Source: Malacoraja senta (Eukaryota). Taken from it: DNA of 64,000 nucleotides. Below the pieces are notes generated by a model. The model worked only from the letters and a program-made list of their open reading frames with translations. It made no database searches and was not told where the DNA came from. Shown here piece by piece: positions 54,301-64,000 of the stretch (position 1 is the stretch's first letter; each line of letters begins with the position of its first letter). The translations under genes and the position numbers were made by a program. Location: the NCBI GenBank assembly GCA_038087875.1, contig CM075991.1, positions 12,216,001-12,280,000 of the forward strand, given 5' to 3'.

Positions 54301-55378
54301 GCAATCAGTACATTTCCATCACACTGTCTTGTAGAATTTACGTGTTATTCTTATTTTTGTATGTGGTTTATGTGCCTGTGATGGTGCTGCAAGCAAGATT
54401 TTCATTGTACCTGTACCTCACTGTACTTGTGCATATGACTATGACCTCGACTTGACTTTGCAGCCCAGCCAACCGTGGCTTGTCTGAAGGTAGAGGTTGC
54501 AAGGGAGAAGTGGAAGGGTCTGTTTCCTGAGCAAAACTCAAAGTGCTGGAGGAACTCGGCAAGTCAGGCAGCATCTGTGGAGGGAATGGACAGACAATGT
54601 TTCGGGTCGGGACCCTTCTTCAGATCGGTCTGTTTCTTGCTTGCATTTAATAGAATCTATGTTGGGTTGTGCACCAGGTAGGAGGTTTGATGAAGGATGG
54701 TGAAAAAGTCTTAAGACACAGCTATACACTGTGATGGGAGGGTTTGGGGTCAAGGACACGGGTAAGGGTAAGGCCAATGGCCTCCCCAATTAACATTAAT
54801 CAATCTTGCACACTGAGGATGAATGTGCAGAATATTCAACTTTAAAGTACCCTTCAAAGGGAGTCAGATTTAAATTCTAACCCATGCCTTTGAATCTAGG
54901 CCACGGAGATGACAATTAACAACAATTCTGTGAAGTACTATAGGACCTCTATATTTAAGGCAAGCTGTTGCACTATTGGAATAACTGGTAATCAGGTGAA
55001 CAACGTGAGGCAGAGAGAGAGATCAGGAAAAGGAAGATCTAATGCTTTCAAATGCAGAACAGTCATTGGTACTCTTTCCCAAAAAACAATACTTATTTTG
55101 AAAATGTCCACATAAATTATTGCAAATTCTGTCTGTAATAAATAAAGGATACTGACATAGTTCCAAACATTGACATTAATGATAAATTATAAATATATAA
55201 TTATCTGAAACAAGACACATTTGGTTAACCCGAACATATATAAAATAATTTTAATTGATTAGAGTGAACCATATCTTCATACTTTATAGCTAGAATATAA
55301 TAGGACTACTGAGATGTAATAATCTTGGCTGATTCCTTTTAAGCAGACTGCAAAATATCCTTCCTTTAAGCTTGAAAC

Positions 55379-55384
55379 TTTATT
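55379..55384 (-). other. Candidate polyadenylation signal of the neuronal intermediate filament gene
   Basis: AATAAA about 90 nt after the stop codon; more distal sites are possible. Confidence 0.45.
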
Positions 55385-55471
55385 TTTATGTATTTGTTCT
55401 TGGGTTGGGGTGGGGTGCAGGAGATGTGTGAAGTGACTGGAAGGGAAGAGCAGATTGAATGATGAAAACCA

Positions 55472-55691
55472 TTAATTCTTGCTCTGCATTTTTCCTGCCT
55501 TCTCTTCATCTGAAGACCTGCCCTTCCTCGTGGCTGATGTTTTCTCTGCGCCTCCTGTGGTCTTCCTGATGCCAACAGTGGTAAAGGTCTTTGCCTCAGA
55601 CAAGATGGTGGAGGAAAAGGTAGGGATCATGAATGCAGGAGTACTGCAACTTACTGTATTTAGCCGAGTTTCCTCGCCTTCCAGTAATTTC
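55472..55691 (-). CDS. Neuronal intermediate filament exon 4 (rod end and short tail)
   Basis: tttcag acceptor; KLLEGEETRLNTVSCSTPAFMIPTFSS...KMQSKN-TAA. Confidence 0.9.
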
Positions 55692-56764
55692 CTGAAAAAT
55701 AAATCAAAATATTAAATTTGATTAAAATGTACTGATTTTTGTATGGATTTCCCTTGGTTTAGGAGTAAAATATATTTTAATGATTTCTGATACAAGCCTA
55801 GTAAGTGTTAGATAGTAACAGATGATGCTTTCAAATTCACATCGTAATTCAAACAGAGATGAACAGGGGAGCCAACGGGGAGGGGGGAGGGGGTATTTGA
55901 ATATGCCATACTTTCAAGAGTGAGTTAGATATAGCTCTTAGGGCTAAAGGAATCAAGGGATATGGGGAAAAAGCAGGAACGGGGTTCTGATTTTAGATGA
56001 TCAGCCATGATCATATTGAATGGCGGTGCTGGCTCGAAGGGCCGAATGGCCTACTCCTGCACCTATTTTTCTATGTTTCTATACTGCTTGAATAGGTCTA
56101 TTTTTCAAATGGAAATTTCACAGATCATGAAATAAAAGCAATTTGAATTAATCCAGGAATCCAAATGAAGCATTTTTTACTGGTCTGAGTCACGACTGCT
56201 TCACCCACCTGATTTTGTCCCCCAACTCTATCCCTACCCTTCCCTCAGCACCATCTATCCCATATCCCTCTTTGGTCCACCTATTACCCACTGACCCTGT
56301 CTCACTCTTCCCTCTCGTCTCATTACACTGACTATCTAAAATGCATCTAAAACATCAACAGTTCCTCTCTCCCACAGATGCTGCTGAATTAGTTGAGTTC
56401 TTCTAGTAGTTTGTTTATTTCACAAAGCTCATTGCTTGTTTACCAATAGCTATTAATATTTACTTCAATATCCCAGTAAATATTATTGCAACAAGCAAAT
56501 TGTTTCACTGATCATATTGTAAAAGTAATTGGCTCTGGGACAACATACATTGCTTCTAGCTCAGATTTTGTATATTATTTTAAGATTTGATCAAATTAAA
56601 CGTGAAACATCAGTGGATATTGGAATACCATCTCCATTAATTTCTTGAACATTCTGTTTATCAACGTTCTTTTTGTAAAACTTGCATTTGTATAATTACT
56701 GCATGAGAAACAGCTGGTTTGATTAATTAATTCAGTGAGACATTCTTACAAAGTTGGCGTTTAC

Positions 56765-56889
56765 CTATATGCAGCTATTTCAATGTCCAGTGCCATCTTG
56801 ACATTGAGCAAATCTTGGTACTCCCTCAGGTGCTGAGTCATTTCATTCTTAGTGGAATGCAGTGCATTTTGAAGTTCATTGATGGTTTC
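56765..56889 (-). CDS. Neuronal intermediate filament exon 3
   Basis: caacag/gtaaac; 125 nt, [42 protein letters not shown], the typical type IV exon. Confidence 0.96.
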
Positions 56890-57016
56890 CTGTTGAAATT
56901 AAAAGAAACACAGTCAGGTCTTTAGTTTAACTATTTTGGTTTTTCGCACCTACTTATGTGATTTGGCAACAGGGCAACAGGTTAGCAGCATTTGGCTGAG
57001 AACGCATCTTCTATCA

Positions 57017-57241
57017 AGGTGCACAAAAGTGCTGGAGAAACTCAGTGGGTGCGGCAGCATCTATGGAGCGAAGGAAATAGGCAACGTTTTGGGCCAAAAC
57101 CCTTCTTCAGACTGATGTAGGGTGGGGGGCGCGGGAAGAAGAAAGGAGGAAGAGGAGCTAGAGGGCTGAGGGAGAGCTGAGAAGGGGAGGAGACAGCAAG
57201 GGCTACCGGAAATTGGAGAAGTCAATGTTCAAGCCGCTGGG
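57017..57241 (-). mobile_element. Penelope-like element 3' end
   Basis: PSGLNIDFSNFR-stop, pyrimidine tract, then CTGAAGAAGGGTTTTGGCCCAAAACG and terminal repeat. Confidence 0.8.
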
Positions 57242-57827
57242 ATGCCATTTCTATCAAGGTGCCATTTCTATTCAAAATAGGAAGACTTGGCAGAGTTTCA
57301 TTTGTGACCAATAAGCAAAGGTTTAAGATAGAAGCTGCATTTATGATGGAGGTTTCCCATTAGTGAAAGAAAAAAAGATGTGAATAGAACCAATTTATAT
57401 ATTGAAGACAGTGCTTTAATTCCAAGTCAAGATGGCTGTATCATCAGGGTCCATGATGCAGTATCAAATATATGCGATGTGTACTTTAAGTCTGCAATAA
57501 GACATCATCTATAATTGCAAAAGATGCCATTAGAAGATGATGAAGTTTAAATTATGCACAGCCAAAGAGGACATGCAAGGTGGATTTTAAGGAATGTTTT
57601 AGAGGAGAAGAAATCAAGGGTTTAGTTAAAGAGAAGAGTTTGGTGCATTGAGTGCCCTGGAAGTGATTGGAGGCACAACGGTGCCATGACATCAAGAAAA
57701 GAGAGTAGAGGGTGAGCTCTATTGGGTTAGATGTATTCATAGAGGTAGGACTGTAAAGTAAAGGGTCTGAGGGATGGGAGGCTGTTGTCTTGATGGTGAA
57801 CCTTGCCGTTGAATACTTGGTGACTAC

Positions 57828-58145
57828 CTGCAGGTTGTTGATCTCCGCATTGTGTCTGTCCTCCATATCCAGCATTTGCTTCTCCAGAGACTCATTGGTG
57901 CTTTTGACAGCTTCGATTTCAATGTTCCGTGATTGCAGTTGGCGCCGGTACTCAGAAATCTCCTCTTTGGCTGCTCGGGCAGCCTCGTTACCGCGGGCTG
58001 CATTCTCCGTGAAGTTGGCGAATTTTGATTTGTACCATTCTTCCGACGTCTGCTGGTTCTTTATGGCGATCACCTCATACTGGGACCTGATTTCTTTCAG
58101 AGCAGCTGTCAGATCCGGCTTGCTCACATCGACCTCCACTGTCAC
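57828..58145 (-). CDS. Neuronal intermediate filament exon 2
   Basis: ctccag/gtagtc; 318 nt, [24 protein letters not shown]...EEWY...INNLQ. Confidence 0.96.
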
Positions 58146-59482
58146 CTGGAGTTGGAGGTTAGATCATAAATTGAGATTGCATGACTTGGAAACATAAACC
58201 ACTGCACCATTTTCCAATGGCGAGTTTTGCCTGAATGCAGCATTTTGACTGCAGTATGGAAAGTACCTGCGTTGGCATATCCAGATACAAATTAATACCA
58301 GGAGATAAACAACCAGACTCATCCTCCTAATGCACCCATCACTGACTCTAAACATTCTGATTCACATTGCAGTATTTGCTATGTTGTTAGATATTCTATA
58401 ATTTAGACTCACTATAGTCTAATAACCAAATCTCACTCATGAGAATGGCTCATTGGCTGAACTTAAATGGGCTGGAGGTTACCCAGGAGGAAGGCATTAC
58501 AAAAGGGATGCAGTATACCGAAGGCTGGAACATTGATGGTTCCTCGTTATTCAATTGAAGGTGATCACAATGAGAATAATCTGCTCCCAAACCTTTTCAG
58601 ACAGCGAGTCCAAGTCATATTTGCTAAATTAGCTAGCATTGTAATTCTGAATGTGTAGAAAAGTCTTGTTCATTTCTTATAAACAATGATTCAGACTGTA
58701 TTTGGATTGACCGAGGTAAAAAAAAAATCGCATTTTCGACAATATGAATCAACTCTATAAAATAGAATGAACCCATTGAACATAATTCACAATTTTTCCG
58801 TCATCTTGATGACAGTAAAAAACACGACACAACCAAGAAAACAAAAAGAAATATTGACGTAATTAAGTAAAAAACATTAACGTTGTTCCTTGTTAAAGAC
58901 AATTTTGACAGCATCTTTTTCGAGGTAGATGAATATTGAATAGGAAATGCAGATTTGTTTTAACTAATCAGCAGCTGGACTGAGACCAGTTGTTCCACAG
59001 CCGAGCCCAGCTCTGCTTCAATTCCAGACAACAGTCCTCCTCGTCAATAAATGGGAGGGCAGAGCTTCGCCGCATCCTCCTACATCTGCCGGAGAATGGA
59101 ACACAGATACAGTTCAGTGAAGATTTTAAAACCGACATTTTACATCAGGGCCGCGTGGACATAAAAAGCAGGAGCAGGCCATTCGGCCCCGGTATAAAAT
59201 GTTGTTCAATAAACGATACAAATGACAACCTGAGCTACTTTCTTGCACTAACCCAATATCATTTAATGTCAAAAAAACAAAACTCATGTCCGTCTTGAAT
59301 GTGAATATCAAGAACTTGCAGATGCTAGGAATCTGAAAGAAAAACAGAAAACTCTGGAAACTCAATCGGGCAGGCGGCATCTGTGGAGAGAAATGGTTAA
59401 GGTTTCAGATGCTGGGGCACTTCTGGAAGAGACTCGCGCTGGCCGCCGAGGCGGGGCGCTTTCTGCATCTCTACATCTGTAC

Positions 59483-60184
59483 CTGGGACGCCTGCAATGC
59501 GGCTTGTAACTCGGCCAGGTCTTCCTGGTGGACCTTCTTCATGAACGCGATCTCATCAAGGAGAGACTCGATCTTCTTCTCTTGCTCCAGCCTGGCCAAC
59601 GTGGCATCATCCAGGTCTTTCCTGTACACCTTCAGCGTGGCCTCGGCCTCTTTTCGCAGCTGAAGCTCTTGGTCGTACTTGTCCTTGAGTTTGTCCAGGC
59701 AGCCGGCCAGATGTTCGCAGTCGAGGCGCAGCTGGCTCCGCTCATGGCTCAGCTCCTCCACCCGGGTGCGCAGGTCGCGGATCTCCTGCTCGTACACCTG
59801 GTTGAGACGGGACGGCTCGGCCTGCTTCTGCCTCAGCAGGGTCACCTCGGCCTCCAGCACCTTGTTCTGCTGCTCCAGGTGATGCACCTTGTCGATGTAT
59901 GTGACGAAGCGGTCGTTCAGCCCTTGGAGCTGTTCCTTCTCGTTGGTCCTGATGATCTTGAACTCATTGTTGACCGCCGTGCACTGGGACAGGTCGAAAG
60001 AGTCGAGGGAAGAAGTATAGGCACTCGACCTTTTGTAAGAGAAAGGAGAGAGGCTTCTGGACCCGGAGACTTTGGTCACTGAGTTTCTGGAAGGGCTGCT
60101 TGAGGTCAATCGGCTGGGCAACCGGAGGTTGTCGCCGTATCCCTTACGGTAAGAGCCATGGTAGTACTCCGAAGAGTAGCTCAT
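59483..60184 (-). CDS. Type IV neuronal intermediate filament (xNIF / alpha-internexin-like) exon 1; spliced CDS 1365 nt, 454 aa
   Basis: MSYSSEYY head, IRTNEKEQLQGLNDRFVTYIDKVHHLEQQNK coil 1A, ends LQASQ/gtacag. Confidence 0.95.
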
Positions 60185-62984
60185 CTTTGGGGCCGGGTGG
60201 AGGAGAGGAGAGGAGTGGAGTGGACTCGATTCGACTCGCCCTGCGTCGAATGAACAAAGACATCTCTGCAAAGCCTCCCTTTAGTACCCAACATGTGAAC
60301 GGCCAGAGCGAATCGGCAGCGCCCAACACCCCCTCCAACCCCTCCCCACCGACCCTCCCTTGCTGCGACCCCTCTAGCGTGTCGTTCCTCCTTGGATCTT
60401 GGCACGCAGTGATCATCTCATTTCCTGACTTCAGCAGAAAATGTATGCAATCGTGTCGATATTTAACACGCGATGGGCTGGTTTCTAACAAGCGAAGGGA
60501 CGACATTATCAGAGAAACATCTATTGATTAAAAACAACTTTTCAGAACGATCATGGTGTAATCTTTCGGTTATAAATCACAGCTGGAGAAGTGAAAGGAA
60601 TGATGCATCGCGACAGTGTGTTAGTTTGCCCATTTTCACACTGCAAATCAGCGAGGTGTGAACATTTGACTATTCCCCTTTTACTTTCCCTTTTCTGGAC
60701 GTCTAGATATTACTGTCTGGCCAGAAAAGGTTAGATGCACTGTCTGGCAGGATGTCATAAATGCCTCAAGGTGGAGTTAAAACATTTTCGCACTGAATGC
60801 GCCGTAAACCTATTGCGAGTTTTTAAATTATTACTGTATTTAATTTCCCCTGCATTCTCGGACGGAAGAACGCTGAGGTTTTGTTTGTATTCATTAAATT
60901 TCGGAATATATTATTTCCATTGTTTTAAGTCTAAAACTGAATGATAATTGTATTTGAGATTCTGCATTAACCCCCTCCTCTCACAGAGGCGATAAAATCA
61001 AAATGGCAATGTTGGGGGTCAGGAGGGCTGTTCATTTGCAATACCATTCGCATTGCAGCATCTGGCTGATCCTTGCAACGACACCAGGGGTTGCAGGTGG
61101 TTTCCAGACATGCCGCATTGGAACATCCGTTCAGTCTATGGGACGGCGCCCCCCTCCGCAAATCGCGTTTTCATTGTACTTAAAGGGCGTCGGTGCAGTA
61201 TCTGTGACCATACTGATCCACAGCAGGCGTGTCTGAATCGTGTCGCGAAGAGCAGCCCCCCGGCATTGTAGTAATCTCTCACTGACTGGGTTTCAGACAG
61301 ACCCTCACACTGTCAGCAGGGAGGAAGAACTTCAGCGATGTGACAGACTGGACAAGATGGCGTTGATTTCCAAAGAGCAGAGAAGGTTCAGTGAAAATTT
61401 GATGGAGATGCTCAAATTTATTTTCAATACATACGAGTGCCCTTAGTGGAAGAGCCAGCAGAGGACATGGGTTTAAAATGACTTACAAAAGTACTTGGGG
61501 AAAATGAGGAATATTTCCACATGGCAAGCTGTGATCAATTCCCAATAATAAATTGTAATTTGGGATTTGGATAAATGCAGGTAGTAATGTGTTTCCATAA
61601 AACAAATTGGATATAATGCATTTGACAAATTAGAGAACAGAATTTACCTTGCATGCACTAAACAGGTTACATTGTGATCTCGATTGGGAGCTAGAGAACC
61701 AGTTTAAAGTTACTTTGGAAATTGACAAGAGGAAAAAGAATTGTCTTGGAAAAAAAAGTATAGGAAAATATGGTTTCCCTGTATCTTCCCTGCAGTAAAC
61801 AGACACCGTCGTTGTCTCTTAAATACAGTTTGTCATTTCACCATCATCGGCAAAACAGATTAACAATCACTTCTATTGACACTTGTACAGTGATACTTTG
61901 TAAAACAATGTAACATACAACCTTTCATATTTTTAGTTTGCAATAACAAAAATAAATTTAAGGTTATGAAAAAGACCTTTAATTTCAAAAATTCTACAGG
62001 AAAAGAACTTTGTTATTGTGAGTCTGCAACTCTCTACCCCCTATCCCATTTATCCCTATTGACAATTGTGTTTATAATGCGATTTTGCATAACGTGAGGT
62101 TTCTTAGGAATGTAACTATCGAGTTATAGCAGAACTACCTTCATCTGACAAGAAAAGAAAACTCCAGGGTTATAGGGGAAAAACATGTGAATGAGAATTA
62201 TTGGATAGCTCGGTCAAAGGGCTGACTGGCTCACTTCCACAGTCAGATAATGAAACTAATAATAGGAAAGACAGAGGACAATTTATTCCACACCAGACAT
62301 ATCCAAATTGCATTAGGAAGCATTCACATTAGTTCACCTGCTTCAAATGCCTTCAACATGCACATTTAACTGAATCCCTGAACCTTAATTAATCAACCGC
62401 ATATCACGGGAGATTGTTGCATCCTTATAAAATAAATCGGGAAGGGTAGTGCATTGCAGCTGACATTCATGATATTTATCCCAATGAGAACACTTGAGCC
62501 ATACATAAATCGCCCAGTAGATGCCTGGCACTGAACAGTTTATAAAACATTCTGGAAGGCAGCACATGAAGGTGTGCTATAGTGAAGTGTTTAATAGGTA
62601 ATAACAATAGATGCCTTACATACACTAGGCACGCATAGCCATTCCTGCCGTTTATTGATGCTGCAGTTTAAAGACAGTAGCATCAATTTTTTCAGATGCT
62701 GTCTGTCCCGCTGAGTTACTCCAGCATTTTGTGTCTACCTTTGATTTAAACCAGCATCTGCAGTTCTTTCCTACACTTAAGATTGATGAAGCAAAATATT
62801 TTCTGGCAGGTGGCCGAGCCTCTTATTAAACCCCTCAGTCAGTGAAGTCAGAACCTTTCAATATTTTTAAGGCAGAGTTAGATAGATCATTGATATCAAT
62901 GTGGTGAAAGGTTACAGAGGAAAGATGGGAATTTCAAGTGCAGACTACAATCTAATCAGCACTTATTTTATGAAAGGCAGAAGC

Positions 62985-64000
62985 TCAAGGAGTTATAGAG
63001 AAACCAACGAGAGAGCAGGCTATTCTAGACTGGGTATTGAGTAATGAGGAAGGGTTAGTTAGCAGTCTTGTTGTGCGTGCCCCCTTGGGCAAGAGTGACC
63101 ATAATATGGTTGAGTTCTTCATTAGGATGGAGAGTGACATTGTTAATTCAGAAACAACGGTTCTGAACTTAAAGAAAGGTAACTTTGAGGGTATGAGACG
63201 TGAATTGGCCAAGATTGACTGGCAATTAGTTCTAAAAGGGTTGACGGTGGATATGCAATGGAAGGCATTTAAAGACTGCATGGATGAACTACAAAAATTG
63301 TTCATCCCAGTTTGGCAAAAGAATAAATCAGGGAAGGTAGTGCATCCGTGGATAACAAGGGAAATCAGGGATAGTATCAAAGCAAAAGATGATGCGTACA
63401 AATTAGCCAGAAAAAGCAGCATACCAGAGGACTGGGAGAAATTCAGAGACAAGCAGAGGAGGACAAAGGGCTTAATTAGGAAAGGGAAAATAGATTATGA
63501 AAGAAAACTGGCAGGGAACATAAAAACTGACTGCAAAAGTTTTTATAGATATGTGAAGAGAAAGAGATTAGTTAAAACAAATGTAGGTCCCTTGCAGTCA
63601 GAAACAGGTGAATTGATCATGGGGAACAAGGATATGGCGGACCAATTGAATAACTACTTTGGTTCCGTCTTCACTAAGGAAGACATAAATAATCTGCCGG
63701 AAATAGCAGGGGGCCGCAGGTCAAAGGAGATGAAGGAACTGAGTGAAATCCAGGTTAGTCGGGAAGTGGTGTTGGGTAAATTGAATGGATTAAAGGCCGA
63801 TAAATCACCAGGGCCAGATAGGCTGCATCCCAGAGTACTTAAGGAAGTAGCTCCAGAAATAGTGGATGCATTAGTGATAATTTTTCAAAACTCTTTAGAT
63901 TCTGGAGTAGTTCCTGAGGATTGGAGGGTAGCAAACGTAACCCCACTTTTTAAGAAGGGAGGGAGAGAGAAAACGGGGAATTACAGACCAGTTAGTCTAA
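62985..64000 (+). mobile_element. CR1 LINE ORF2 (EN C-terminus to RT start), runs off the right edge
   Basis: PTREQAILDWVL, LGKSDHNM, KSPGPD, PEDWRVANVTPLFKKG, NYRPVSL. Confidence 0.93.

Noticed and set aside
59528..60082. 184-aa plus-strand ORF
   Set aside because: Antisense shadow of the GC3-rich coiled-coil exon
60185..60271. 29-codon N-terminal extension of the filament ORF
   Set aside because: Comes from a non-ATG start in the ORF track; the MSYSS start at 60184 is family-typical
60280..61350. REST/NRSE site upstream of the neuronal gene
   Set aside because: Only half-site resemblances seen

Overview
Vertebrate genomic DNA, most likely from a cartilaginous fish (skate or ray), inferred from HE1/V-SINE, CR1, Rex1, RTE and Penelope repeats. 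Left third: nine minus-strand coding exons of TIA1 (ATG at 20164; the gene runs off the left edge). Its promoter is CpG-rich with YY1/NRF1 motifs, and candidate stop-containing 'poison' exons lie in the long RRM2 intron. Just upstream is a six-copy ~257-bp tandem array ending in a perfect 149-bp palindrome of Penelope-derived sequence. Middle (~25-42 kb): a mosaic of LINE fragments, a fold-back DNA transposon and an unidentified module present in about a dozen copies, including two large inverted repeats whose arms co-vary. This field sits downstream of a TATA/GC/CCAAT promoter-like block and an 18-bp G-rich minisatellite. A tRNA-Gly(CCC) gene lies at 43627-43697. Right part: CR1 LINEs and a complete four-exon, 454-aa type IV neuronal intermediate filament gene (xNIF/alpha-internexin-like) on the minus strand. 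Comparisons to human or Xenopus sequences are from memory and need alignment to confirm.
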